Shown here piece after piece: positions 53,062-63,360 of a stretch of 64,000 nt of DNA (the stretch's first letter is position 1; the number at the start of each line of letters is the position of its first letter). Source of the DNA: a bacterium (GTDB lineage Bacteria; UBP6; JAFGXH01); the NCBI GenBank assembly GCA_016936735.1, contig JAFGXH010000321.1:7221-71220 (forward strand). The letters run 5' to 3'. Both the position numbers and the translations under genes were made by a program. The notes under the pieces are model-generated. The model did no database searches. It was given only the letters and a program-made list of their open reading frames with translations, and was not told the origin of the DNA.

Positions 53062-53751
53062 TTAGAAAGGCCAAATAAAATCAATAAATGATGAAAACCA
53101 TCCTGGAGATGATTTCTCTGAAATAACACCTCTTCCTGTAAACTCTATCTGAGCCTCAGCTATTCTATCTGAATATATCTGATTTCCCTCCTCAACATCT
53201 TGAGGTCTAATCACACCACTTATATAAAAATGATGCTCCTCATCATTAAGAAGTATAACTTTTTGTCCCTCAATAAAATAGTTTCCTGATGGCAATTTTT
53301 TCTCTATTGTTGCAGTAACAGTTGCATAAAGAGTCCCTTTTCTTGATGTTTTACCACTTCCAGCAAACTCATTACTATAACTTTGACCTATAAGTTTTGA
53401 TGTATCAACATCAGGATATGCTTTCTTCAAATAACCCATAAAATTAAATAGAGCATCAACCGATATATTTGTTTCTGATGCTCTTGTTGCCTCTGTATTT
53501 GCCTCTCCACTTGCTGATGAGTTTTCAGAAACAACAATTGTTATTAAATCTCCCTCTCTAAGAGCAGGGGTATCTGTAAATAGTGAACCCATCTCCGAAT
53601 TATCACTCCATAAAGAGCCTTTTTGAGAACTATTTTGAACCTCTTTTGGACCACTATATTTATAAAGCCGTTTTTTAGGAGAGTATGGAGCAATATGCTG
53701 AACACATCCTCCCAAAAATACAACAACTATTATTATTGTAAACAATCTCAT
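53062..53751 (-). CDS. flgH: Flagellar L-ring lipoprotein FlgH
   Basis: It has a lipoprotein signal (LGGC). GSLFTD....GDLITIVVSENSSAS, ISGVIRPQDV and AEAQIEFTGRG...GWFSSF match FlgH conserved blocks. Confidence 0.85.
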   Translation of the reverse strand: MRLFTIIIVVVFLGGCVQHIAPYSPKKRLYKYSGPKEVQNSSQKGSLWSDNSEMGSLFTDTPALREGDLITIVVSENSSASGEANTEATRASETNISVDALFNFMGYLKKAYPDVDTSKLIGQSYSNEFAGSGKTSRKGTLYATVTATIEKKLPSGNYFIEGQKVILLNDEEHHFYISGVIRPQDVEEGNQIYSDRIAEAQIEFTGRGVISEKSSPGWFSSFIDFIWPF

Positions 53752-53768
53752 TCTCCCCTCCTTAAAAT

Positions 53769-54452
53769 CTAATTTCCAACAAAAACAGCAACTTTTTTAG
53801 AGTCAATAACTTTTGCTCTTAAAAGTTTACTATTTTGAATATTTTGAACCATCACATAGCCACCTTTTTTCCCATTCTGTTTTGCAATACCTGTTGTTGT
53901 TATTATTAATCCCCCTTTTTGAGCTGTTATCAAAACATAATCACCCTTTTTTACCTCATCAGCAACCTCAAATTGATAGTCATAAAGTGGTGTATTCTCA
54001 AGAACTCTCATTTTTAATATAAGAGATTTAACTTTTGTTAAATCTGTAAGTTGATGATTTTGCCTATTTGATGAATATAGTTTTTTAACTAAAATAACAT
54101 CTGTTTCATCAATTAATTCACCCTTCTCTAAATCTCTAACTGCATAATAAAAAGATTTTTCAACCTCAACAATAACACTTCCATAATATCTATTTTTGTT
54201 TGTATAAATCTCAAAAGAGATATTTCCAATAAGCTCTCCACTATATTTTAGTTCAACTTTTTTTATCTCTTCTCCAAAAGGAATATCAGGAATGAGTAAC
54301 TGTTTTAAATTAAATGAGGATGATACTTTATTTTTAATAGCCTTTTCAACCATTATTTTTGAAGCTATTTGATTACCATTAAATGAACCACTTAATATTA
54401 TTGAGAATAGTATCATTAAGATAAAAGGGAGATTTTTCATACCATACCTCAT
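53769..54452 (-). CDS. flgA: Flagellar P-ring assembly chaperone FlgA
   Basis: It has a signal peptide. The C-terminal SAF domain is GDYVLITAQKGGLIITTTGIAKQNGKKGGYVMVQNIQNSKLLRAKVI, comparable to the E. coli FlgA C-terminus. Confidence 0.75.
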   Translation of the reverse strand: MRYGMKNLPFILMILFSIILSGSFNGNQIASKIMVEKAIKNKVSSSFNLKQLLIPDIPFGEEIKKVELKYSGELIGNISFEIYTNKNRYYGSVIVEVEKSFYYAVRDLEKGELIDETDVILVKKLYSSNRQNHQLTDLTKVKSLILKMRVLENTPLYDYQFEVADEVKKGDYVLITAQKGGLIITTTGIAKQNGKKGGYVMVQNIQNSKLLRAKVIDSKKVAVFVGN

Positions 54453-54469
54453 AAAAAATAACTAAGATA

Positions 54470-55255
54470 TTACTTCAAACTACTTGTTGTTCTTAACATC
54501 TGATCAGCAGTTTGAACAGATTTAGAGTTAAACTCATAGGCTCTTTGTGTTGTTATTAAATTTATCATCTCCTCAACAACTTTAACATTGGAGGACTCTA
54601 AAAATCCTTGAGTTAAAGTTCCCATACCATTTTCACCAGGAACACCAACAATAGCATCTCCAGAGGCATTTGATGGAAGAAATATATTTCTTCCATTTGC
54701 ACTTAATCCAGCTGGATTAATAAATGTAGCTAATTGAATATTCCCAATAACATTAGCAGCAGTTTGTCCTGGTTGTGTTACAGATACAGTTCCATCATTC
54801 CCAATATTTACAGAAAGAGCATCTTGAGGAATAATAATATTAGGAACTAAAGGATAACCATCAGCATTAACAATAACCCCTTGACTATTTCTATGAAGTG
54901 AGCCATCTCTTGTATAACCAATATCTCCTGTTGGTAGCTGAATTTGTAAAAATCCATCACCCTCTATTGCAACATCAAGAGCGTTATTTGTAAGAAGCAT
55001 ATCTCCTGCTGTAAATATTTTTTGAGTATCAACAGTTTTAACCCCTGCACCAATTTGAACTCCAGTTGGATTTTCAACACCATCAGCACTTGATGTTCCT
55101 GGAGCTTTAAATGTTTGATATAATAGATCTTGAAAATCTGCTCTATTTTTTTTAAAGCCAGTTGTACTAACATTGGCTAAATTGTTGGATGTAACATCCA
55201 ATTTTGTTTGTTGTGCCTCCATTCCTGTTGCACCACTATTTAATCCTCTTAACAT
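54470..55255 (-). CDS. flgG: Flagellar distal rod protein FlgG
   Basis: MLRGLNSGATGMEAQQTKLDVTSNNLANVSTTGFKKNRADFQDLLYQT is almost the FlgG N-terminal consensus. It is 261 aa. Confidence 0.9.
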   Translation of the reverse strand: MLRGLNSGATGMEAQQTKLDVTSNNLANVSTTGFKKNRADFQDLLYQTFKAPGTSSADGVENPTGVQIGAGVKTVDTQKIFTAGDMLLTNNALDVAIEGDGFLQIQLPTGDIGYTRDGSLHRNSQGVIVNADGYPLVPNIIIPQDALSVNIGNDGTVSVTQPGQTAANVIGNIQLATFINPAGLSANGRNIFLPSNASGDAIVGVPGENGMGTLTQGFLESSNVKVVEEMINLITTQRAYEFNSKSVQTADQMLRTTSSLK

Positions 55256-55273
55256 TTTATACCTCCTTAAAAA

Positions 55274-56041
55274 TTATACTCTACCAACATCTGTTGCAGC
55301 TTTTCTATTAAGCTCTCCAAATGTCTCAATAACACGAGTATTCATCTCAAATGTTCTATGAAGTGATATTAAATTAACCATCTCCTCTATTGGATTTACA
55401 TTAGCACCCTCTAAAAAACCCTGATGAATAGTAGAGTTAACCTCTATCTCCTGCTGATTTTGATCTGTTTGTGAGAAAAATGTTTTAGCCTCTTTTGATA
55501 GAGTATTTATATTTTGGAATGTAACAACAGCAATATTTGCAATCTCTTCATTATTTGAGAAAATAGTTCCACTTTCATTAATAGTAATTTTTCCATTAGG
55601 TAGAGTAATTGATTGGTTATTCTTATTTAAAAGAGGATAACCATCAGATGTTACAACTTTATTCTCTTTTGATAAAAAAAATGAGCCATCTCTTGTATAT
55701 CTAACACCTTGAGGTGTATCTATTTTAAAAAATCCATCCCCTTGAATTGCTAAATCAAGAGGATTATCTGTTTTTTTTAAAACCCCTTGTTGAAAATCGG
55801 TAAATGTCTCTGTTACCACAACATTATGTTTATCAACAGGCAAAACTTTTTGAGGCATATCAACATCTTTAGCCTGTGCTTCAAGTAGATTAAACTCAAT
55901 TTCAGCCAATTGACTAGCAAAAATAGTCTTCTCTTTTTTATATCCTGTTGTATCAATATTAGCTAAATTATGGGATGTTATATCTAAATGTTTTGAGGTT
56001 CCCATTCCTCCACTCATTGCAGTATAAAGTCCATCACTCAT
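55274..56041 (-). CDS. flgF: Flagellar proximal rod protein FlgF
   Basis: GLYTAMSGGMGTSKHLDITSHNLANIDTTGYKKEK is the rod N-terminal motif. The C-terminus is LISLHRTFE. I chose the start at 56041 (MSDGLY) because GGAGG sits 7 nt upstream and because of the promoter position. The ORF track extends to 56056. Confidence 0.85.
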   Translation of the reverse strand: MSDGLYTAMSGGMGTSKHLDITSHNLANIDTTGYKKEKTIFASQLAEIEFNLLEAQAKDVDMPQKVLPVDKHNVVVTETFTDFQQGVLKKTDNPLDLAIQGDGFFKIDTPQGVRYTRDGSFFLSKENKVVTSDGYPLLNKNNQSITLPNGKITINESGTIFSNNEEIANIAVVTFQNINTLSKEAKTFFSQTDQNQQEIEVNSTIHQGFLEGANVNPIEEMVNLISLHRTFEMNTRVIETFGELNRKAATDVGRV

Positions 56042-56070
56042 GACAAACCTCCACATTTTTAATTTTTAAT

Positions 56071-56086
56071 AGCAATAAAAATACCA
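56071..56086 (-). promoter_or_regulatory. Candidate sigma-54 (-24/-12) promoter for flgF-flgG-flgA-flgH
   Basis: The minus strand reads TGGTAT-TTTTA-TTGCT. GG and GC sit at the exact spacing of the consensus TGGCAC-N5-TTGC. It lies about 30 nt upstream of the flgF ATG. Confidence 0.45.
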
Positions 56087-56181
56087 TAAATTTTTTATTG
56101 ATTTATTTGATTTTATTATGAGATTAAAAGCTATTTATATATATTGTTAAAAAATATATTGACAACTATTAGTATAGTCAT

Positions 56182-58206
56182 TTATTTGACTCTTTTTTGA
56201 ATAACTCCATAATCCTGAATATTATACTCTTTAAAATTTTCAAGAATTTTTGAGGAATAGTGGGTATGTTTAAATCTTGAATCTAAAATATATATCTCTC
56301 CTGAATCATCTTTTGAACGAATTAGACGTCCAATTCCCTGTTTTAAAGATAGTATCATCTCATCTAGCATCCATTTAAAAAATAGAGATTTATTATTTGA
56401 TAACCTCTCTTTATTAAACATTATAGGATCCTCTTTTGAGGAGAATGGAAGTTTTACAATAACAACTCGAGAGAGTTTCTCCCCTTTTATATCAACCCCT
56501 TCCCAAAAAGATTTAGTCCCAAAAATTATTCCATTACTACTTTTTTTAAACTCCTCAATTAACATTGTTCTTGAGTAGTTCTCTCCCTGAACAAAAAGCT
56601 CTATTGATTTTGATTTAAAACCACTTTTAAATCTTTTAACTATCTGATTCATATCACTATATGAAGCAAACAGAACCATTCCCTGCCCCTTTTTTAAAAT
56701 TTTAATCAATTCAGATGCCATATCATCATAATATTTTGTATTTTGATAGCCATACTCAACAACTCCTGCAAAAAATGAGACCTGTTTTTTTAAATCAAAA
56801 GGGGATTTTAAAATCATTTCGGATGCTTTTGATATATTTAACCCTTTTTTCATATAATCAAAAGAGTTTGATATACTTAAAGTTGCTGATGTAAAAAGAT
56901 AGTTTTTATCCTCATCTAAAAATGTTTTTGCCAGTTTTGGGATTTCACTTAAATCAAGTGAATTAAAATTAAAGCCAGCTTTAACTTCATTAAATGTAAG
57001 CCATTTAACAACATTTATATCATCTTTTTTTAAATCAAAATGTGTTACAAACAGTTTATAAAAATCAATAAAAAAGGATTCTGATTCAATAAGAGATAGA
57101 TTTATTGCTTCATATAATGCTTTTTGTGGCTCAGAAAATTGTCCAGAGTCTCTCTCTATTGATGAGAAAAATAGTCTAAAATCTGAGTAAAAAATCTCAA
57201 AAGATGTTCTAAAAGTTTTTAATAGATTTAAAAATGGGCTATTTTTTTCAAAATCTGGATGATTGAGATTTATATTTTTATATGAGTTCAAATAGGATGA
57301 TATCTCAATAGAAAACTCATCAATTTTTTCTCTAAAAAGTGAAATCTGTTCTGATATGTTTTTAGCCTCATCAATAAAACTTACTCTTTTAAAAAGAGAG
57401 TAAATTGTTCCATTTGATAGAAAATCCTCAAGTTTTAAAAGATTATAGTTTAACTCATTATCTGAAACAGAGAGTGTTGTAACAGATTCAAGAGATTTTA
57501 ATAGATGATGAGCCTCATCAAAAACAATACCATTCATGTTTTTTAAAAATGGTATCTCTCGTTTATAGGCATCAGTCAGAAATAGGTGATGATTCATAAC
57601 TAATAAATCGGCTCTCTCTGCACTCACTCTTGTTTTAAAAAAATAGCATTTACTATAATGAGGACACTGCTTACCTCTACAGGAGTGTAGATTAGCATGT
57701 AACATTTTCCAAACAGATTGTGGAATCTCATGCTCCATCTCCTGATACTCTCCATTTTCACTTGATGCGATCCATTGAAATAGAGGTAGATGATATGGAG
57801 TAGATGGTTCATTTAAAAATTTATGAGCCCTCATAAGACAGAGATAATTAGAGCGTCCTTTTAATATTTGTACATTTATATCTCCTAATATTTCAGATAA
57901 TATTGGAATATCTTTATAAAAAATCTGCTCTTGTAGATGAATTGTACTTGTTGCAACAAGTGCTTTAAATTTCTCACCCCTCTCTTTTGCCTCTAAAACT
58001 TTCAAAAATATTGGTAAAAGATAACCAAATGTTTTACCAACACCTGTTGGAGCCTCAATAAATAGATAGCCATTTGAAGATAGCTGTTTATACCACTCCT
58101 CTCCAAATACAATCTGCTCATTACGAGTTTCAAAAGAGAAATCAGGATGTTCTTTTGAATAGTTTTGAAATTTATCAATAAAAAATTTTTTAAAATCAAT
58201 AGACAT
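56182..58206 (-). CDS. dinG: DinG/Rad3-family (XPD-like) ATP-dependent DNA helicase with an Fe-S cluster domain
   Basis: Walker A is EAPTGVGKT. The DEAH box is VFDEAHHL. The Cys cluster is CRGKQCPHYSKCYFF...C. It has C-terminal helicase C motifs. Confidence 0.75.
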   Translation of the reverse strand: MSIDFKKFFIDKFQNYSKEHPDFSFETRNEQIVFGEEWYKQLSSNGYLFIEAPTGVGKTFGYLLPIFLKVLEAKERGEKFKALVATSTIHLQEQIFYKDIPILSEILGDINVQILKGRSNYLCLMRAHKFLNEPSTPYHLPLFQWIASSENGEYQEMEHEIPQSVWKMLHANLHSCRGKQCPHYSKCYFFKTRVSAERADLLVMNHHLFLTDAYKREIPFLKNMNGIVFDEAHHLLKSLESVTTLSVSDNELNYNLLKLEDFLSNGTIYSLFKRVSFIDEAKNISEQISLFREKIDEFSIEISSYLNSYKNINLNHPDFEKNSPFLNLLKTFRTSFEIFYSDFRLFFSSIERDSGQFSEPQKALYEAINLSLIESESFFIDFYKLFVTHFDLKKDDINVVKWLTFNEVKAGFNFNSLDLSEIPKLAKTFLDEDKNYLFTSATLSISNSFDYMKKGLNISKASEMILKSPFDLKKQVSFFAGVVEYGYQNTKYYDDMASELIKILKKGQGMVLFASYSDMNQIVKRFKSGFKSKSIELFVQGENYSRTMLIEEFKKSSNGIIFGTKSFWEGVDIKGEKLSRVVIVKLPFSSKEDPIMFNKERLSNNKSLFFKWMLDEMILSLKQGIGRLIRSKDDSGEIYILDSRFKHTHYSSKILENFKEYNIQDYGVIQKRVK

Positions 58207-58516
58207 TTATAATCTCACTTTTCAAAAATAGTAAAAAATATAACAAAAAACTATTTAATAAATAGTTTTTATAATTTCTGATTATATCACAAATTTACTA
58301 AAATTATAGTAATAAAATGGTGTTTAGAAAAATATATTTGTTCATTATAGATTTTTCATGTAAAAATAAAATCTTGAATTCAAATCTATAGGTTATTATA
58401 GCAAAATATTTATTCCTAGAGTAAATGAGATATACTTCATGTAATAAATAGTTTTATTAGATGAAAAAAGATATCTCTTTTTACCTATTATTATTGAAAT
58501 AAAGAGGTTGTTATAA

Positions 58517-59677
58517 TTAAAACTCAGAATTAAAACGCTTAATAACATTAGAGATTATGTAAGCATAATCTAATAGTTCATTAATAGATATATTTTCATT
58601 CACTTGATGGTAAAAATCGAGATCTCCAGCTGAATAACATATTGCAAGAGCACCATTTCTTGCTAAATCTTTACAAACAGTTCCACCACCCATTCCTGTT
58701 ATTTTTACTATTTTTCCATGAACTCTTTCTCCCTCCTCTTTAATTATTTGAACTAATGGATGATTTGGGGAAACATATAGTGGTTGAGCATCTGCTTTTA
58801 TCTCAAATTTTATATCAACTTTATTATCCATCTCTTTTAGTTTAGATGCGATTTTTTCAAAATCTGCAACAATATCTGAACTTTTTTGTGATGGTAAATA
58901 ACGAATATCAATTGTTGTCTCTGCATAAGATGGTACAGAGTTTACAACTGTTCCACCTGAAATTAAACCAATATTCATTGTTGGTTTTACTAAAAGTTCA
59001 TCATTTTCATATCTAAATTGATAATTTTGAAGCTCAATAATAAATCTAGAGAGATTAACAATTGCATTAATACCCTTTTCAGGACTCATTGCATGTGCTT
59101 GAACTCCATAAGATTTTGCTTTTAATGTGAGATGTCCCTTCTCCGCAATATTTATTTCACAAAGATTTCCTGCATTATCTGGAATTATTGCAAAATCTGG
59201 TTTTAATATAGATGTATCTGCAAGCCAAGTCATTCCAAACTCAGACCCCTTCTCTTCATCTGCAACTCCAGCAATAATAATTTTTAAGTTTAAGGAATCT
59301 TCAATACTTTTAAGATATTTTGCAAGAACAAGAAGTGATGCCATAAGACCCTTATCATCAAGAACTCCTCTTCCAAAAACTCTATCCTCTTTTATCTCCA
59401 TTTTAAAAGGGTCTGTATTCCAACCATCTCCAGCAGGAACAACATCAGTATGTGCTGCAATCAATAGAGTCTTTTCCCCTTTTCCAATAGTTCCAAATAT
59501 ATTTGTCCTCTCTTTCTCTTTTTCATGTATTTCATATGGGATATCTAATTTTTCAAACTCCTGTTTTACAATTTCAGCAGCTAAATACTCATTTCCAGGA
59601 GGATTTGTTGTATTTTGCTCAACAAGTTTTGATAAAATCTCAAGTAGATAGTTTTTTTCGTTTCTAAAATAGTCCAT
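58517..59677 (-). CDS. M20-family metallopeptidase (ArgE/DapE-type deacylase)
   Basis: LIAAHTDVVPAGDGWNTDPF, GRGVLDDKG and ADEEKGSEFG are M20 metal-binding blocks. I chose the start at ATG 59677 (MDYFRNEKNYLLEIL). The ORF track extends to a TTG at 59740. Confidence 0.75.
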   Translation of the reverse strand: MDYFRNEKNYLLEILSKLVEQNTTNPPGNEYLAAEIVKQEFEKLDIPYEIHEKEKERTNIFGTIGKGEKTLLIAAHTDVVPAGDGWNTDPFKMEIKEDRVFGRGVLDDKGLMASLLVLAKYLKSIEDSLNLKIIIAGVADEEKGSEFGMTWLADTSILKPDFAIIPDNAGNLCEINIAEKGHLTLKAKSYGVQAHAMSPEKGINAIVNLSRFIIELQNYQFRYENDELLVKPTMNIGLISGGTVVNSVPSYAETTIDIRYLPSQKSSDIVADFEKIASKLKEMDNKVDIKFEIKADAQPLYVSPNHPLVQIIKEEGERVHGKIVKITGMGGGTVCKDLARNGALAICYSAGDLDFYHQVNENISINELLDYAYIISNVIKRFNSEF

Positions 59678-60000
59678 TATTAAAACCCCATAAATATTAT
59701 AAATCCTATAATATATTAAATAGTTTTTCAATTCAAGCAATAGTTCGGAAAATCTTTTAAAAGAGGGAATACATTAAAACATATCTAAATTCAAATTTAA
59801 TTACTAATATTATTGTTATAAAAAAATAAAATAGATCTATTTGTGCTATGAATTTAATTTTTATAAGATTTTAAGAAAAATCTGGAGGGAACAAAAGTTT
59901 TTGTTCCCAACCCAAAATAGAGAATTAATCAATATATAGTTTTTTAAAACATCTAAAAAGATAAAAATTTATCTCATATAAACAGATATAATATCATAAA

Positions 60001-60429
60001 CTAAAGAGATTCAGCATACTCTTTATACTGTTGCATTAATTTGGGTAATCCAACATTAATAAGGCTATCACTTACTGCTGATGGAATTAATGCTCCCAAT
60101 TTTAACTCAGCATGATACTCTGCCTCAACCTCATTATTACCTTTTGGAGTCAATTTCCAATATCCTGAATTATCTTTCATTTTATTACCTTTTATAAAAC
60201 TCCATCTAATTGTATGATATGGTTCAAACTCAAATTTAAGAGTATACTCAATTGAGACACCAAACATTTTTAAAAAATACTCAACAACTGCACCTTTATC
60301 ATCTTTTGAATGAATAACTATTTTTTTTACATCAGGAATAAAATCTGGACAAGCCTCAAAATCACGAATCACATCATAAAACTTCTCAACAGTTGTATTT
60401 ACTGTTACATTTGTTGTTGCTCCTGGCAT
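60001..60429 (-). CDS. SRPBCC (START/polyketide-cyclase-like) family protein
   Basis: It is 142 aa and starts ..VTVNTTVEKFYDVIRDFEACPDFIPDVKKIV.... This fits a Polyketide_cyc2-like ligand-binding fold. It is an inference from pattern and size. Confidence 0.5.
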   Translation of the reverse strand: MPGATTNVTVNTTVEKFYDVIRDFEACPDFIPDVKKIVIHSKDDKGAVVEYFLKMFGVSIEYTLKFEFEPYHTIRWSFIKGNKMKDNSGYWKLTPKGNNEVEAEYHAELKLGALIPSAVSDSLINVGLPKLMQQYKEYAESL

Positions 60430-60565
60430 ATTAACTCCTCAAATAATAACAGTTTATTATAAACTATTTTTATATATTTTTCTATTAAAAGATTAAATTT
60501 TTATACTTTTATGATATTTTAATATTTTTTAATTTTAAGGATTGTTTAGTTTCAATAAAGAATTT

Positions 60566-62581
60566 TTATAAAGAGAGGCAAACACCAATAACTCCAGCAG
60601 GTACTTGTTGTTGCATTGTATGAACATCAACACAGATTCCTCTTGAGCATGGCTCACCATTTGGAATACACATCTCTTGACATCTCTCCTGATTTTGAGC
60701 ACCAATACAATAAAATCCCTCTTCACAAAGAGTTTCAGTTGAATATGGAACCCCTATTTGATATTCAGGATTAACACATCCCTCTGAATTTTTTGGAAGA
60801 GTTCCATACTCTAAACAGTGATATTTTGACGTAACAGATAGTGTACACCCTTTTCCATCTATACATTCATTACTATTTTCTGGAGAGCATTGATCTACAT
60901 CACAAATCCCTTGATTTGCTGTAAGAGGAAAACAGATTGAATCCTCACCTTCACATGTTGAATTGTTGTATATTCCATTATCAGGATTACATGTTTCTGG
61001 TAAATTAAAACAAACCCCATTTAATCCCTCAGGATACTCTTGAGCATAAGTGTTTATATCAATACATCTTAAAGATGGATCATTTACACAACTATTTTCA
61101 GATGTTGGATCACATAACTCTTGACAAGTACCACGCTCTCCCTGATTTGCAGAGATACAAAATAAACCCTCTTTGCAAAGCTCCTCTGGATTATAGGTTA
61201 CATTTTCATTAAATTCAGGATTTACACAACCACTATCTTGATAATCTAATATTCCAACAGGAAGACATTTATTAACAGACATATAGCCTTTTTGACATGC
61301 TAATCCCTCTTCACAATCATCTCCACCTATTTCACACTCATCCTGAACACAGATTGAGTTATCTCCTGCTGGAAAACATAAGGCTTCATTTGGACAAGCT
61401 GGATTATTTTGAATCCCATTTTCTGAATTACAAAAAGATGGAACATCCATACATAATCCTATCTCTCTGTTTAATACTGCTGGACTTACATCTTCAAGGG
61501 CAATACATCTTCCGATTTCGCAATTATCGGTTTGAGCCAAAGGTGAACATAATTCCTGACATTTATATGGTTCTCCATCATCATCATCACCAACACAAAA
61601 TAATCCAACTTCACAAGCATCAAGTGCTGAAGTTGAATCCATGTTATCACAATCATCACCATATTTACCTAATCCAACTGGTCGACAAACTTTTGCTGTA
61701 ATCATTAAATCACAAACCCAGTTTTCAGGACATTGTGCTGTTGCATTTGATTGACATTCTGCATCCTCTTTAACACAAATTCCTGTATTTAATAAAATAT
61801 CGTCCAAATAGGGAACACAAATTCCTTTTTCACCACATGAACCTTCTGTTGTCATATCACAAAAAGCTCTACATTTATAAAAACCATCTTTAAAAACATC
61901 TGCACAAATAGTTCCCTCTTCACAATCAAACTCAGAAGGCATACATCTTTCTGCCTCTTTTTTTGAACCATCATTTGTGGATATACAGATTCCATCTTTA
62001 CAAGTTAATATAATTCCATCAATTGCAGGACAAACACCATCAGGATTTTCAATAGAACATTCATCTTTTAAATAACATTCACCTTCCAAACAATAAGAAT
62101 TTGTATCACAGGTCACATCAGTGCAATCATCATCTAATTCACATTTTTCAGTTAAACCATTATAAAAAGAGCCCTCTTGACAAACACACTCTCCATTTGA
62201 TGGATTACAAACTCTCCCACCAGAGCAACTAACATCACTGCATAATAATACACAATCTAACCCATTTGCTTTATAACCATCATCACAAGAACATGAAGCA
62301 ACACCATTACTATTTTGGCACTCTCCATGATTTGAACATGTTACATCTTCACAGGGATCAATGGTTGGCTCTTCACAAGCATGAGTCTCTGTATTACAGA
62401 TTTGAGATGTTAAACAGTTACTACTTGTATTACAACGCCCCGCTTTTAAAACACAAGCTCCATCATTACACTCCTCCCACTCTGAACACTCTGGAGAGCA
62501 TGTTTGGGTTTGATTATTGTTATTTGAGTCTCCACATCCTAAAAAAGTTAGAACAAAGAGAAAATATACTACTATTCTCAT
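60566..62581 (-). CDS. Extremely cysteine-rich secreted lipoprotein with EGF-like or follistatin-like internal repeats
   Basis: I chose the start at 62581 (MRIVVYFLFVLTFLGCGDS, with a lipobox Cys) because AGGAGG sits 5 nt upstream. It has about 100 Cys residues. It has recurring modules: GCVNPE(F/Y)..., CxEG(L/F)(F/Y)C(I/V), and CxDGYK.NGLDCV. Confidence 0.6.
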   Translation of the reverse strand: MRIVVYFLFVLTFLGCGDSNNNNQTQTCSPECSEWEECNDGACVLKAGRCNTSSNCLTSQICNTETHACEEPTIDPCEDVTCSNHGECQNSNGVASCSCDDGYKANGLDCVLLCSDVSCSGGRVCNPSNGECVCQEGSFYNGLTEKCELDDDCTDVTCDTNSYCLEGECYLKDECSIENPDGVCPAIDGIILTCKDGICISTNDGSKKEAERCMPSEFDCEEGTICADVFKDGFYKCRAFCDMTTEGSCGEKGICVPYLDDILLNTGICVKEDAECQSNATAQCPENWVCDLMITAKVCRPVGLGKYGDDCDNMDSTSALDACEVGLFCVGDDDDGEPYKCQELCSPLAQTDNCEIGRCIALEDVSPAVLNREIGLCMDVPSFCNSENGIQNNPACPNEALCFPAGDNSICVQDECEIGGDDCEEGLACQKGYMSVNKCLPVGILDYQDSGCVNPEFNENVTYNPEELCKEGLFCISANQGERGTCQELCDPTSENSCVNDPSLRCIDINTYAQEYPEGLNGVCFNLPETCNPDNGIYNNSTCEGEDSICFPLTANQGICDVDQCSPENSNECIDGKGCTLSVTSKYHCLEYGTLPKNSEGCVNPEYQIGVPYSTETLCEEGFYCIGAQNQERCQEMCIPNGEPCSRGICVDVHTMQQQVPAGVIGVCLSL

Positions 62582-62802
62582 AATACCTCCTAAAAAAAAA
62601 AGAAAAAACATCTATTAGACATAAAAAATAGGGTTTTATTTAAAAATTTAATAAAATGCTAATGATATTTATCAAAAAAAATATAAATAAACTAAAAATT
62701 ATCTATTTTTAATTTTCATTAAAAAATTTTTATCAGTTTAACCGAAAAACATTTTCTTTTCAAATAATTATTGTATAATGGGTTATATTTTGTGGAGCCT
62801 TT

Positions 62803-63318
62803 ATGGTTAAAATTAAGGATAATTTAGCAGAACTAGAAAAAAACCTTGATATATGTCGAGGATTAGCTGCAAAAAATCCAAATTCATCGAATTTAATGAA
62901 GTTGATATCAATATGTCACCAATTAAATCTCCATGAAGAGGAGTTTTTAAATTATGAAAAGCTCTATCAACAGTTACAAAATGAGGATGAACAAAAAATA
63001 GAGGAGATTATACTAAGAGTAAATGAGGAGAAATTTACAGATTTTCTTATACTTTCAAAATCGGTAGATTTTATAGAAAAGGCATTTATAGAAAGGATAG
63101 AGTATTGGCTTGAACGTGAGATTAGAGATAATCAGTTCTCTGAAGATTTTGTTGATATTCTAAAAGGAGATAAAGGATTAACCGATAAAGTAAGAAAAAA
63201 AATAAAATGTAAGTTAGAAAGAAAAAAAGATAATTTTAAAACACTCTTTTTTTCTGAAAAATTTGATAATTCAATATATGTATTTAAAATGATAAAAGAT
63301 ATAGTGAATTTTTTATAA
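62803..63318 (+). CDS. Hypothetical protein (171 aa)
   Basis: It is an ORF in an intergenic-looking context. It is charged and helical with no recognised motifs. Confidence 0.3.
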   Translation: MVKIKDNLAELEKNLDICRGLAAKNPNSSNLMKLISICHQLNLHEEEFLNYEKLYQQLQNEDEQKIEEIILRVNEEKFTDFLILSKSVDFIEKAFIERIEYWLEREIRDNQFSEDFVDILKGDKGLTDKVRKKIKCKLERKKDNFKTLFFSEKFDNSIYVFKMIKDIVNFL

Positions 63319-63360
63319 TTATTTGTTATACTAAACTTAGATTTTTCTTAAGGATTTTTA

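Noticed and set aside
56042-59740. Longer N-terminal extensions given by the ORF track for flgF (56056), the M20 peptidase (59740, TTG), the Cys-rich lipoprotein (62611), the small OMP (24084), the cNMP-binding protein (28434) and the PilZ gene (18683, GTG)
   Set aside because: In each case an internal ATG preceded by a good Shine-Dalgarno gives a protein with a sensible N-terminus (signal peptide, lipobox or family-typical start). For flgF, a promoter also sits where the extension would be. I used the internal starts.
60535-60726. A 63-aa ORF overlapping the 3' end of the Cys-rich lipoprotein gene
   Set aside because: It is in an alternate frame of a long well-supported ORF and has no independent signals.
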